From an uncultured virus (IMG/VR IMGVR_UViG_3300042860_004714) (Duplodnaviria; Heunggongvirae; Uroviricota; Caudoviricetes): a stretch of DNA of 64,000 nucleotides. The translations under genes were made by a program, and so were the position numbers. The notes beneath the pieces were generated by a model. The model saw only the letters and a program-made list of their open reading frames with translations. It searched no databases and had not been told where the DNA came from. The stretch lies in the IMG/VR virus record IMGVR_UViG_3300042860_004714, one strand, 5' to 3'. This document shows positions 8,524 through 18,720 of the stretch, piece by piece. The first letter of the stretch is position 1. Each line of letters starts with the position of its first letter.

Positions 8524-8582
8524 GCCGACTGTCAATGCTTGAGCGATCGAGCATTGACAGTTGGCACAGCCCGCGATACCCT
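8524..8582 (+). promoter_or_regulatory. Sigma70-type promoter of the tRNA operon embedded in a 19-bp-arm palindrome
   Basis: TTGACA (8554-8559), 17-bp spacer, TACCCT (8577-8582); palindrome 8524-8565. Confidence 0.7.
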
Positions 8583-8594
8583 GCGGGTACTTGA

Positions 8595-8668
<74 letters not shown>

Positions 8669-8680
8669 CTTCTTTGACAT

Positions 8681-8751
8681 TGGGGCGTAGTGTAATGGTA
8701 GCACAAGGGGTTTTGGCCCCCTTGGTCCGGGTTCGAGCCCTGGCGCCCCAG
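8681..8751 (+). tRNA. tRNA-Gln(TTG)
   Basis: TGGGGCG/CGCCCCA acceptor; AGGGG-TTTTGGC-CCCCT. Confidence 0.93.
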
Positions 8752-8757
8752 TTTTCG

Positions 8758-8976
8758 TTGGTGCTCCAACGCCCCGTGTGCGCGGGGCTCCCCTTCGCGG
8801 GAAAAGGTGCTTGCTAACCACGCACACGGCGGCAAGAAGCTGGGCGGTCGCTGTCGGTCCGTTTCCAGGGTGGACGCCGTAACACTGTCCCACGGTAGCG
8901 TGTGGGGCGGATCACGTGCGAACGAGGTCGCACGACGTTTGCCAGCCTTCCTCGTCCTTGCTGAAAAAGGCTGGAA
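8758..8976 (+). ncRNA. Putative unassigned structured RNA (about 220 nt) in tRNA operon
   Basis: Stems CCGTGTGCG/CGCACACGG, CGTGCGA/TCGCACG, CCAGCCTT/AAGGCTGG; no credible ORF. Confidence 0.5.
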
Positions 8977-8979
8977 TTT

Positions 8980-9063
8980 GCGAGAGTGGTGGAATAGGTA
9001 GACGCGCCGGACTCAAAATCCGGTGACCGGAAGGTCGTGCGGGTTCGATTCCCGCCTCTCGCA
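8980..9063 (+). tRNA. tRNA-Leu(CAA)
   Basis: CCGGA-CTCAAAA-TCCGG; long variable arm. Confidence 0.95.
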
Positions 9064-9067
9064 CTTC

Positions 9068-9140
9068 GCTGGCGTAGCTCAACTGGCAGAGCAGCGGTTT
9101 TGTAAACCGCAGGTTATCGGTTCAAGTCCGTTCGCCAGCT
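9068..9140 (+). tRNA. tRNA-Thr(TGT)
   Basis: GCGGT-TTTGTAA-ACCGC. Confidence 0.95.
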
Positions 9141-9147
9141 TCTTTTC

Positions 9148-9220
9148 GGGGACGTAGCTCAGTTGGGAGAGCACCTGCTTTGCACGCAGGGGGTCACGGG
9201 TTCGAGTCCCGTCGTCTCCA
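9148..9220 (+). tRNA. tRNA-Ala(TGC)
   Basis: CCTGC-TTTGCAC-GCAGG; G3:U70 pair. Confidence 0.95.
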
Positions 9221-9228
9221 TTTTGTTT

Positions 9229-9348
9229 GGCCCTCGCGGTGAGGGTAGGGCAGCGTAGCTCATGAAAGGCTTGACCATCGCCATCTCCGTGGTTGGTCAG
9301 AAGCCCCTCCGAAGCCCTATCCGTTTGACCGTGAGCCCCGCGAGGGCC
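9229..9348 (+). ncRNA. Putative unassigned 120-nt rod-shaped RNA in tRNA operon
   Basis: Perfect 11-bp terminal stem GGCCCTCGCGG/CCGCGAGGGCC, nested stems, internal bubble, T-run flanks. Confidence 0.6.
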
Positions 9349-9352
9349 TTTT

Positions 9353-9427
9353 GCCGACATAGCTCAGTGGTAGAGCAGGCGGCTGTTAACCGCCTTGTCG
9401 CAGGTTCGATCCCTGCTGTCGGCGCCA
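9353..9427 (+). tRNA. tRNA-Asn(GTT)
   Basis: GGCGG-CTGTTAA-CCGCC; encoded CCA. Confidence 0.95.
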
Positions 9428-9432
9428 CTTCA

Positions 9433-9506
9433 GGGGCGGTAGCTCAGTCGGTCAGAGCACCCGGCTCATACCCGGTATGTCGTGGGTTCGAGCCCCACCC
9501 GCCCTA
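9433..9506 (+). tRNA. tRNA with CAT anticodon (Ile2 or elongator Met)
   Basis: CCGG-CTCATAC-CCGG; identity cannot be resolved by eye. Confidence 0.88.
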
Positions 9507-9512
9507 CAGTTT

Positions 9513-9596
9513 GCGAGAATGGTGGAACCGGTAGACGCGCTGGATTTAAAATCTGGTGACCGCAAGGTCGTGCGGGTTCGAGCCCCGCTTCTCGCA
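9513..9596 (+). tRNA. tRNA-Leu(TAA)
   Basis: CTGGA-TTTAAAA-TCTGG; close copy of Leu(CAA). Confidence 0.93.
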
Positions 9597-9603
9597 CACA
9601 TTC

Positions 9604-9676
<73 letters not shown>

Positions 9677-9703
9677 CACTTTATTCGAGGCCAAGGAGGC
9701 CGC

Positions 9704-10222
9704 ATGATGTATGCAGGTATTGGGTCGCGGCACACCCCCGCAGAGATGTGCGCCTACATGGCGCAGCTCGCATCTTTCCTGGAGAGCAAGGGCCTCATCC
9801 TTCGCTCCGGCGGCGCTGCTGGCGCGGACCTTGCGTTCGAGGCCGGGGTCAAAGACCCCACAAAGAAGGTCGTTTACACGGCCCACAGCCGTTTGTCTGC
9901 CGAGGACTGGAAGTACGGGTTCGATCACGTCTCGTGGTTCCACCCGGCTCCTGACAAGGTTCTCGGCAGCAAGTGGGGCCGAGTCATGGCGCGCAACACT
10001 TTCCAGGTGTTGGGCACTCCGTCCGAGCAAGCCGCAGGCCAGCCCCACAGCGCTTTTGTGGTCTGCTGGACGCCCGACGGGGCCGAGAAGGTCACCACCC
10101 GTGCTACCGGAGGCACGGGACAGGCGATCCGGATTGCCGCTCACTACGGTATTCCGGTGTTCAATCTCCGAGTTCACGATGCTGTCGATCGTCTCGACAG
10201 CTTTCTCGCCAGCCGTGCTTAG
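9704..10222 (+). CDS. SLOG-superfamily (DprA/Smf-like) protein
   Basis: YAGIGSR.TP, LRSGGA.GAD.AFE, ARN..QVLG, GGTGQA.R.A....IPVFNL. Confidence 0.85.
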   Translation: MMYAGIGSRHTPAEMCAYMAQLASFLESKGLILRSGGAAGADLAFEAGVKDPTKKVVYTAHSRLSAEDWKYGFDHVSWFHPAPDKVLGSKWGRVMARNTFQVLGTPSEQAAGQPHSAFVVCWTPDGAEKVTTRATGGTGQAIRIAAHYGIPVFNLRVHDAVDRLDSFLASRA

Positions 10223-10231
10223 GAGGCACCC

Positions 10232-10477
10232 ATGAAGTATCCCATGAAGTATGTCGAGTTGACGCATGTCTTGAGTCAGGACGGTACCAAGTTCTACCAC
10301 CCGATGTTGGTCCCCGTCGGGCAGTTCTCGGTCGTGGGGCCGCCCCCGGAGCAGGGTGGTTGTCTGATCATCCTCAACGGCTCGAACACGGGCCTCGTGA
10401 TCGACGAGCCTTACGAGAAGGTCTGCGAGATCATCTCCTCGCTCTGCGACGTCACCCGTCTGCCCGGCGAGGAGTGA
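10232..10477 (+). CDS. Hypothetical protein
   Basis: AGGAGG RBS, coding bias. Confidence 0.7.
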   Translation: MKYPMKYVELTHVLSQDGTKFYHPMLVPVGQFSVVGPPPEQGGCLIILNGSNTGLVIDEPYEKVCEIISSLCDVTRLPGEE

Positions 10478-10480
10478 GCT

Positions 10481-10840
10481 ATGGTCGAGAAATACTCGAA
10501 GATCATGCAGGACCCCGCCTGGATTGCCTTCGCCTCCATGGCGGAGCGATTCAACCAGGTCGCGCTTCGACTGGAAAGCGGCAAGCCCTCCTCGATGGAG
10601 GTGTTCTCGACGCACCTCAACGAGGCGGTCGCGCCGCTGAAGATGGTCACTCCCAGCCCGAAGGTCGCGGCCATCTTCAAGAAGGCCGCCAATCGGGCCG
10701 CCGCCCAGTTGACGCTGGCCGCCCAGACCTACGGCATGGGTCCGTTCGGGGCCCAGCATCACTGGTGTGGAGCGATGCGTGCCGACTTGCAGCGCCTCGC
10801 AACCGACCTCTACTTGCAGCTCGCGGTCGAGATCGAGTAG
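10481..10840 (+). CDS. Hypothetical protein
   Basis: GAGGAG RBS, coding bias. Confidence 0.7.
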   Translation: MVEKYSKIMQDPAWIAFASMAERFNQVALRLESGKPSSMEVFSTHLNEAVAPLKMVTPSPKVAAIFKKAANRAAAQLTLAAQTYGMGPFGAQHHWCGAMRADLQRLATDLYLQLAVEIE

Positions 10841-10856
10841 AACATCGGTTTGTCTG

Positions 10857-10893
10857 ACCCCGGGGTTCGCAGCCCCGGGGTTTCGTCGTTTTT
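10857..10893 (+). terminator. Intrinsic terminator
   Basis: ACCCCGGGG..CCCCGGGGT hairpin followed by T-rich tail. Confidence 0.7.
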
Positions 10894-10917
10894 GCACTTA
10901 CTTTCGGCGAGGTAGTT

Positions 10918-11364
10918 GTGATCTTTCTGTTTCTCGCGGCGGCTGCGGGCGGTCACGGTATCGAACCCAGCCGTGATGATATTTCGTTCGTCTCGGTCGA
11001 AGGCTACCCGGTGGCGAAAACAGATTGCCCGCTGGACTTGCTTTTAGCGGCTGAGTACGCGGCTGAAGTTCTCGGGGTTCCCGAGAGACTGGCATCGACT
11101 ATCGCCATCCACGAGAGCCGTTGCGACGAAAAAGCTCTTGGGGCTTTGGGTGAGGTCGGAGTAATGCAGATTCGCCCTGAGTTGTGGTTGGGCGACTTGT
11201 GCCGGGCAGGCATTGCTTGCTCGGAGGCAGAGTTGTGGGACGCCACCACGAATGTCGAGGCTGGCGTCTGGATACTTTCTCGCTTCCCGGGGTCTGCGTG
11301 GTCCCGTGCGAAGCGCTACAACGGCTCGGCGGCTTACGCCGATGCGATCAGGAGAAAGATGTGA
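10918..11364 (+). CDS. Lytic transglycosylase (SLT domain)
   Basis: IAIHES catalytic Glu, GEVGVMQI, NVEAG..IL, RYNG. Confidence 0.85.
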   Translation: MIFLFLAAAAGGHGIEPSRDDISFVSVEGYPVAKTDCPLDLLLAAEYAAEVLGVPERLASTIAIHESRCDEKALGALGEVGVMQIRPELWLGDLCRAGIACSEAELWDATTNVEAGVWILSRFPGSAWSRAKRYNGSAAYADAIRRKM

Positions 11365-11822
11365 AGAGAAGGAAACATGTAGACCACGCTGTCCGTGGTT
11401 TCGTGGTGGGGAAAGACCGCAGCATGACTGACACAGAGCTGATGTCTTGCTTGACACAGTGCAGCCTCACCGAAGCTGTCTTCTTCTTCGAGGGGGGCGG
11501 CGACTCAGGTGACCTGTCGTCGGAAAACTACTTCTGTGACAATGGAGAAGTTTCGATCGAAGGGCTCTTTGTCGACATTCCCAAGGTAGATGTGCGGCCT
11601 TTGTACGGTCGCGACTTCACGCCTACCGAGGTCATCGTGTCGCTGCGGCAGAGCGCGATCGACGCCTTGAGCAGCATCGCGTGGGGGAAGGCCGACTCAG
11701 TGCCGTTCGACTGGGTCAACAACGAGGGGGGCTGGGTACGCGTCACCTTCTCAGTCGAGAACGGTACGCTTATCGACTGTGGAGAGAATGAAGTCGAGTA
11801 TTCTGATGAGGAGGAAGAGTGA
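11361..11822 (+). CDS. Hypothetical, DUF6878-like
   Basis: FEGGGDSG and DWVNNEGG motifs; start codon uncertain. Confidence 0.5.
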   Translation: MKRRKHVDHAVRGFVVGKDRSMTDTELMSCLTQCSLTEAVFFFEGGGDSGDLSSENYFCDNGEVSIEGLFVDIPKVDVRPLYGRDFTPTEVIVSLRQSAIDALSSIAWGKADSVPFDWVNNEGGWVRVTFSVENGTLIDCGENEVEYSDEEEE

Positions 11823-12040
11823 ACTACCTGTTGTCTCTCCCGGCATTGCCGAGTTGGGTTCAATTCTACTGCGTGGGCGTCATTATCACTGGGCGCCACA
11901 CGGCGGTGAGGCGGGTGCTGAACAACCTGTCTCCCGCAGATCGTCGGGTCGTGCTCGCAGTCATCGAAGACTGCGTGAAACGTGATCTCAACAAGGTTCC
12001 CTGTGTCGAGGGAGACTTCTTGCCTGCGGAGTGCAACTGA
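11819..12040 (+). CDS. Hypothetical protein
   Basis: Start and stop coupled to both neighbours. Confidence 0.55.
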   Translation: MNYLLSLPALPSWVQFYCVGVIITGRHTAVRRVLNNLSPADRRVVLAVIEDCVKRDLNKVPCVEGDFLPAECN

Positions 12041-14223
12041 TGAAACAGATTGTCGAGAGAGGCGATGTGGAGCTCCTCGCCGGCGGTGTCGCGGCTGTGG
12101 GAGCCTACAAGATTTCTGACCGAGAGGAGGATGTTGCTCTGCTGTCGGTCCTCTTGCGGCAGAAGCTTTACCTTGACCCCACGTGGGCCGCTGTCCGGGA
12201 GGTCGTCAGCAACGCGATCGACGCGCACGAAGCTGTCGGTCAGACGAAGAAAGTCAACATCCACTTCCCGACTTCGATGGACCCGACGTTCCGCGTGCGG
12301 GACTACGGGCCTGGTCTGTCGGAAGAAGATGTTCTCGGGCTGTACTTGACGTTCGGGTCCAGCACGAAGCGCAATTCCGATTCCCAGATCGGCGGCCTTG
12401 GCCTCGGCTGCAAAGCTCCGCTCGCTTACGCGGAGAGCATGTCTGTCGAAAGCCACCACGGCGGCGTCAAGAAGACCTACATGTTTTTCCGTGATCTGGG
12501 TGCGGCCGGCCAAGCCCACAAGGTCGCGGAGGAGCCCACGACAGAGACTGGCATCGAGGTCTCTTTTGCCGTCAAGCTCGCGGACACGCATCTGTTGCAG
12601 ACTTACGCCGCCAGGATGTTCCTGTGGCACGACCAGCTTCAGAGTAACGTGGAGATTCCCTCAGTGCCGGAGTCTTCGCGTAGAGGGGATTACATCGTGT
12701 TGCCGAATGACATGCTGCGCAGCACAGGCAGCTCGCTGCACGTTGCAATGGGCGGCATCATCTACCCGCTGCTGAGCGACAAGCTGATGGGCGGCTACGA
12801 TTCGACTGAAGACGAGAGGGCCAAGTTAGAGCGAGTGCTCCGATTCTTGAATCACTTCAATCAGAAGTTGGTTCTTCTGCGGTCGGTGGGGTTTTGCCCA
12901 GTCTCTCCTTCTCGGGAGAACTTGGAGTACACCAAGAAGAGCACCATTGCGCTGCTCCGCTCGCTGGTAGAGTCCACGTCCGGCATCTACGCCAAGACGC
13001 GAAAAGACTTCGTAAGCATGCCGTTTTGGCAGCAGCTCGCGATAAGTTATTTGTGCGGCAACAACCGCTCTTATGACGGAATGGGAACGCTCTCGTACAT
13101 CCAGATGACGCACAAGGCGTCGTATCTCTTGGTCGACCCACAGCTCAGAATTGAGCTCAACGACAAGAAAAACGAACTTGTCCAGCTACTGGAAGCGTCG
13201 CTGAAGAAGCACAAGCTCACGCTGAAAGTTCTCGATTGGGAGAAGAAAGCCAAAGCTGTACCAGCGGAACGGATCTTCGTGGGTCCTTCTCGTCATCGTT
13301 CAGCGAGAAACCTGTTGAATGACGAGCCACCCACGCTCGTGTTGTGCGACAAACGCAACTACATTGAGCGCGGGTTCGGTCCGGGTTCCCTTCTTGTGGT
13401 TGCCAGCTCAGGGACTATCGCTGACACGGCGAAGGTTTTGGCTCTTTTCGCAGCGGAGCTGTCAGCTAAGCTCAAAGAGTTTGAGTTTCCTGCGTTTGAG
13501 TTTGTATACTGCTCGTCGCAGAAGCCTCCCGATAGGCAGAGATCGGCCACCAAGGCTCTGCGCCGCAAAAAGGGTTTTGTGTACTACTGCAACACCATGA
13601 AGCTCTTTCGCGACGAGAACTACAAGGACTGCGACCGGTACGTGGCCGAGGACGACGACACCATCCCTTACGTGGTGGTGAACGAAACAACCGGAAAGTC
13701 TTACACAGGGGGCCTTCCTTCTGTCGAAGCGCTCGGATCTGTCATGCGGGCAGTGAATGAACCTTTTCCTGAAGTAGTGCGTGTATTCTTCTCGGCCGAG
13801 ACTCCCACGGGTCTGTCCTTGTTCGAGTTGTACAACAGGATGGGGGCAAAAGCCATTGCGAACAACTGGGATTTAGTTGTCAGGGAGGTGAAGCGCGTCG
13901 CCTACACGCCTACCACCAGAGACTTTGACGTTGTTGAATGTGTCAGTAAAGCATGTGGTTTGCCTCCTGACATGGAAGCTGTTGCGAACAACTACACCAT
14001 TCCCCGATTGACTGGATCCATGAGCAGCGTCATGATCCAGCTTGACTACCACTCAAAGTGGATCACGCCTGATATGCACAAGGAACTTGAGGCTGTCCGC
14101 GCGGAAGCAAGAAAGGCCATTGAGGCCATGCACAACAAGTACGCTTTGCTGTTTTTGGGTTTTTCCCACCATGATTCCAAGTCTGATCTGGAAAGTTACA
14201 TCTCCCACCGCAACGAGGTCTGA
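12040..14223 (+). CDS. rIIA: RIIA-like protein (N-terminal GHKL ATPase)
   Basis: LY.DP..A.VRE..SNA.DAH, VRDYGPGLS, FGSSTKRNS...IGGLGLGCK.PLAY; directly upstream of rIIB. Confidence 0.9.
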   Translation: MKQIVERGDVELLAGGVAAVGAYKISDREEDVALLSVLLRQKLYLDPTWAAVREVVSNAIDAHEAVGQTKKVNIHFPTSMDPTFRVRDYGPGLSEEDVLGLYLTFGSSTKRNSDSQIGGLGLGCKAPLAYAESMSVESHHGGVKKTYMFFRDLGAAGQAHKVAEEPTTETGIEVSFAVKLADTHLLQTYAARMFLWHDQLQSNVEIPSVPESSRRGDYIVLPNDMLRSTGSSLHVAMGGIIYPLLSDKLMGGYDSTEDERAKLERVLRFLNHFNQKLVLLRSVGFCPVSPSRENLEYTKKSTIALLRSLVESTSGIYAKTRKDFVSMPFWQQLAISYLCGNNRSYDGMGTLSYIQMTHKASYLLVDPQLRIELNDKKNELVQLLEASLKKHKLTLKVLDWEKKAKAVPAERIFVGPSRHRSARNLLNDEPPTLVLCDKRNYIERGFGPGSLLVVASSGTIADTAKVLALFAAELSAKLKEFEFPAFEFVYCSSQKPPDRQRSATKALRRKKGFVYYCNTMKLFRDENYKDCDRYVAEDDDTIPYVVVNETTGKSYTGGLPSVEALGSVMRAVNEPFPEVVRVFFSAETPTGLSLFELYNRMGAKAIANNWDLVVREVKRVAYTPTTRDFDVVECVSKACGLPPDMEAVANNYTIPRLTGSMSSVMIQLDYHSKWITPDMHKELEAVRAEARKAIEAMHNKYALLFLGFSHHDSKSDLESYISHRNEV

Positions 14224-14224
14224 C

Positions 14225-15310
<1,086 letters not shown>

Positions 15311-15353
15311 CCAGTGGGGGCTCCTTCGCCCTACGCAGACCGAGAGGATTACA

Positions 15354-15854
15354 ATGAATACCATCCTGTGCGTAGCCATGCATGTGCAGGAAGGACGCTT
15401 GCGTGGGCTCGGGGGAGCCCTCCTGGCTCGCCTTCCCGCTGGTTCTTGGGCTGTCATCGACGACGCCCTCTGGGAACACCCTGAGGGCATCAACTTTGCC
15501 GATGCGTGGCTTCTCTTTCTCGAATGGGCCCGCGGCCTGTCCCGAGGCGATAAGCCTGTGCTTGCTGTGTGGGGGCGTCAAACCCTCACACAGCTTCGGC
15601 GGAACTGCTACGAGTTTGAGCTTAGCTTCCCTTGGACAGATGACTTCGTGTACGACGTAAGGGAGGCAGTTTCTTGCCAGTACCCTGCCCTCGAACTCAA
15701 CCAGATTCGCGTAGAGGCGGTCTGTCGAGACTTCGGTGTGGGGAATGGCGTCTACAACGTCCTTCTCGATGCTCGCGACCGCGCAAACGCTTTGGCGGGT
15801 GTCGCGAAGATGCTTCAGAATCACCGCTTGTTGGCCGCAGAAGCGGCAAAGTGA
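15354..15854 (+). CDS. Hypothetical, weak resemblance to a degenerate DEDD exonuclease fold
   Basis: AVWG..L..N.....FPW....YDVR pattern; N-terminal DxE absent. Confidence 0.4.
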   Translation: MNTILCVAMHVQEGRLRGLGGALLARLPAGSWAVIDDALWEHPEGINFADAWLLFLEWARGLSRGDKPVLAVWGRQTLTQLRRNCYEFELSFPWTDDFVYDVREAVSCQYPALELNQIRVEAVCRDFGVGNGVYNVLLDARDRANALAGVAKMLQNHRLLAAEAAK

Positions 15855-15861
15855 GGCTCGT

Positions 15862-16260
15862 TTGAGCAAAGTTTTCGTGTGTCCCCACTGCGACGTGGAA
15901 GTTTCCCGGAAGAATGTTGATGTCCCGTATCGTGTTAACGCTCTGCCTGACGTGATCATCGTCGGCGCGAAGTTGGCTCAGTGCCCGGGATGCCAGGAAT
16001 ACTACTTTTGCGATCCAGCCCACTACCGCTACATGACGCAGTGCATTGCACGCTCGATCGCGCTTCGCCCCGGCCGGCTGACCGACAGCGAAAAGTTGTT
16101 GCTCTTGCTGCGCTTCAAGAATCGTGTCGCGCCCGAGATGGCGCATATGTCAGAAGGTGCCGAAGCCAAGTACCGTGCGCTTCTGGCGGCAGTGCCTGTG
16201 ACTGAGATCATGGCTGTCATGGCCATGCCACGCTGCAAAACTTTCACCATCACTCTGTAG
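15862..16260 (+). CDS. YgiT/MqsA-type zinc-finger protein
   Basis: CPHC..(~30)..CPGCQEYY; TTG start after GAGG. Confidence 0.6.
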   Translation: MSKVFVCPHCDVEVSRKNVDVPYRVNALPDVIIVGAKLAQCPGCQEYYFCDPAHYRYMTQCIARSIALRPGRLTDSEKLLLLLRFKNRVAPEMAHMSEGAEAKYRALLAAVPVTEIMAVMAMPRCKTFTITL

Positions 16261-16268
16261 GAGACGCC

Positions 16269-16730
16269 ATGAAGAAGAAAGACGCGGAAGCTGTGTTTCG
16301 TGGGCTCGCCGAGGAAGTCCGCCGGCGCAAGAATGAAGGGGAAAGCATCCCCCACATCTTCTTCCTGCTGGTTCCTGGCGTGCAGCCACTGATGATCGAT
16401 GTGTCTGAGTTGCTGCGACTGCAGCCGGATCTGACGAAAGACGAGGTGGCTCAGTTCGTCAAGCTCGCGAGCTTGAACACGGGTGCTCGCTACGTCATTC
16501 AGATGACGGAAGCGTGGTGCCTCACGACGCACCAACACCCTGGCGACATCGAGATCTCGAAGCACCCCGACCGCCAGGAGATCATCATGCTCACGGTCGA
16601 CGGCGTCGACTACAACAGCACCATCATGATGGCCATCGAGAACGACCGCGTAGTCGGCGAGAACAAGGAAGTTGTCGGCACCTTCGACGGGCGCTTCTCC
16701 AACATGTCCGGCAACGTGGGGATCAACTGA
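16269..16730 (+). CDS. Hypothetical protein
   Basis: AGGAG RBS, coding bias. Confidence 0.75.
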   Translation: MKKKDAEAVFRGLAEEVRRRKNEGESIPHIFFLLVPGVQPLMIDVSELLRLQPDLTKDEVAQFVKLASLNTGARYVIQMTEAWCLTTHQHPGDIEISKHPDRQEIIMLTVDGVDYNSTIMMAIENDRVVGENKEVVGTFDGRFSNMSGNVGIN

Positions 16731-17290
16731 TGCAGATCACGTTTCATCAAGCCGACATGCTCGAACTCGGCAAGAACGAAGCGGCCAAGGGCAAAATCAC
16801 TGTCGTGCACGCGTTCTCGAGCGAGGACCAGTACCGCGGTAGCGGTCAGCTCGGACACCTGCTGCGAAACACCAGCCTCAAGAACCGTTCGCCTCCCGAC
16901 GGCATCTACCCCATCGGCGAAAAAGAGGTGAAGACCTACTGCTTGTCAGCCTCCCACGACCAGTCGGGGACAGAGATGTTCTTCGTGTTCTCGCCGTGCG
17001 TGAAGTGGGGTGTGTCGAAGATGACCTACGATGAGAAAGTCGAGGTCATGGAAGCGAGGGCTTCGGCTGTTCGGGCAGCGGCGATGAGCCTGAACGCAGA
17101 GACGCTTGTGTTGGGCGCTTGGGGCTGCGGCATCTACGGTGTGCCTGACCGTGTGTCTGCTCAAGTCCAGTTCGACAAGATCCTGACGGGAGGTGGTTTC
17201 AAGTCCGTCCTGTTCGGCTTCACTGACCGCAGACAGCGCCTCGCGTTCGAGCTGGAGCGCAATGCCTGGCAGAAGAAGTCTCAAGCATGA
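16730..17290 (+). CDS. Macrodomain-like protein related to bacterial PARG (DUF2263/TIGR02452), divergent
   Basis: LVLGAWGCGIYG and F..VLF motifs. Confidence 0.6.
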   Translation: MQITFHQADMLELGKNEAAKGKITVVHAFSSEDQYRGSGQLGHLLRNTSLKNRSPPDGIYPIGEKEVKTYCLSASHDQSGTEMFFVFSPCVKWGVSKMTYDEKVEVMEARASAVRAAAMSLNAETLVLGAWGCGIYGVPDRVSAQVQFDKILTGGGFKSVLFGFTDRRQRLAFELERNAWQKKSQA

Positions 17291-17589
17291 AAGAAGCTGA
17301 TTACACATCTGCGTTGATCGCGATGACTGCTTGTTTCGTCATTGCAAGCCTTGTGCTGCGGCGAGTTCAGGCCAAGGCGAAGGACACAGAACTAACGCAA
17401 ATGATCGACTCTGCGGCTGAAGTAGTCATGCTTTCGATGTACTTCGCAGGAACTGTTGTGGTGGCTGTCGTTGCGAGCGAAGTCTTGCCGCAATGGGCCA
17501 CCCTTCCTGTGGTAGAGCTGTGGATGTGGTTGTATGTCTATCCAGTGATCGCCTTGACGAAAGCTATTTTGCGAGTTCACAAGCCATGA
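17287..17589 (+). CDS. Membrane protein
   Basis: Three hydrophobic segments. Confidence 0.7.
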   Translation: MKEADYTSALIAMTACFVIASLVLRRVQAKAKDTELTQMIDSAAEVVMLSMYFAGTVVVAVVASEVLPQWATLPVVELWMWLYVYPVIALTKAILRVHKP

Positions 17590-17828
17590 CGCCCCTGTCC
17601 GTATTCGTAATCTGCTTTATAGTCCTGCGAAACGTGAAGAACAGTTCGCAGGCAACAGGCTACGCAAAGATGATCAACTACGTCGTTGGCGTTCAGGCCG
17701 TCAACACAGTATACGTCATCGTGTCTCGTGTTGTCGGCCATAAGCCAACGGTCGCAGAAGTGATTGCATTGAGCTTGCCTTTCCTGTACGTGGCCAAGCT
17801 CGAACTCGAAATCAAGAAGGAGAAGTGA
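17586..17828 (+). CDS. Small membrane protein
   Basis: Hydrophobic segments; ATGA overlap. Confidence 0.6.
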   Translation: MTPLSVFVICFIVLRNVKNSSQATGYAKMINYVVGVQAVNTVYVIVSRVVGHKPTVAEVIALSLPFLYVAKLELEIKKEK

Positions 17829-18157
17829 ACATGACCCCTCTGGACCTCGAGCGGCTTGCCGTTCGCATCGAATCCCTCGTCAACACTTCCACAAACGGCT
17901 GGTCGGCAAGTGAAGCGTTCGATATGCTTCGCCTTCTGCCGGACCCTTCTGACGCAGAAGGTCGTGTCCGACTGCCGCAGACGAAGCGTCTTCGTGAAGC
18001 AGCAAAAAGGCAGGCTCCTTTCCCGACTCCGGTCGACTACCAGAGATGGCTTCGAGCCTGCATGGATCTCGAGCATCATGTGTCGCGCAACCGCCCCGGC
18101 AGTCCGACCCGCATGATGCGGGAAGCCATGCGCGGTCGCTTCCCCCTCACTAGGTAG
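17825..18157 (+). CDS. Hypothetical protein
   Basis: Coupled ORF. Confidence 0.65.
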   Translation: MNMTPLDLERLAVRIESLVNTSTNGWSASEAFDMLRLLPDPSDAEGRVRLPQTKRLREAAKRQAPFPTPVDYQRWLRACMDLEHHVSRNRPGSPTRMMREAMRGRFPLTR

Positions 18158-18173
18158 GAAACAGGAATACACA

Positions 18174-18710
18174 ATGCCGAACGCAACGACATCTCAGTCT
18201 TCGCATCTTTCCCGCCTTCTTCGAGAGGCGGCCGATACCATCGACACTCTGGCGGCGAATCGATCGCAGGAAGTAGAACTCAAGAAGATTTACGAGCTGC
18301 TCGAATGGTCCGGATTCCCTGTTCAGGCCGACGTAGACAAGGCGACAGAGGACGACTTCGTTCGCTCAGTTCGGGCTCTGGCGAGAAGCAGAGAGAGCAT
18401 CAGTCACGATTACGAAGCCCTGAAGCTCGAACTCGCCAAACTCCGCGAGACCATCGACCTGGCCAGCCGAACGCTGACTGCTTACGGATTCGGTGAATGC
18501 CAGCGCACGGCCCCCAGCGTGAATCACCTCGCCGATGCCATCTCCTCCATGCGAATGGCACACTTGACCACCATTCAAGGCCAAGAGAGAAGGATCGCAG
18601 AGCACCGCAATCGGGCTGACACGAACCAAGACCGGGCGCGCGATCTCGAAAAAGAAGTCGAAAGGATGAAGGCTGGGCTGCGAAATCTCATCACGGACAA
18701 CAACAAGTAA
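18174..18710 (+). CDS. Hypothetical coiled-coil protein
   Basis: Heptad-rich ORF with RBS. Confidence 0.7.
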   Translation: MPNATTSQSSHLSRLLREAADTIDTLAANRSQEVELKKIYELLEWSGFPVQADVDKATEDDFVRSVRALARSRESISHDYEALKLELAKLRETIDLASRTLTAYGFGECQRTAPSVNHLADAISSMRMAHLTTIQGQERRIAEHRNRADTNQDRARDLEKEVERMKAGLRNLITDNNK

Positions 18711-18720
18711 GGGTGCCAAC

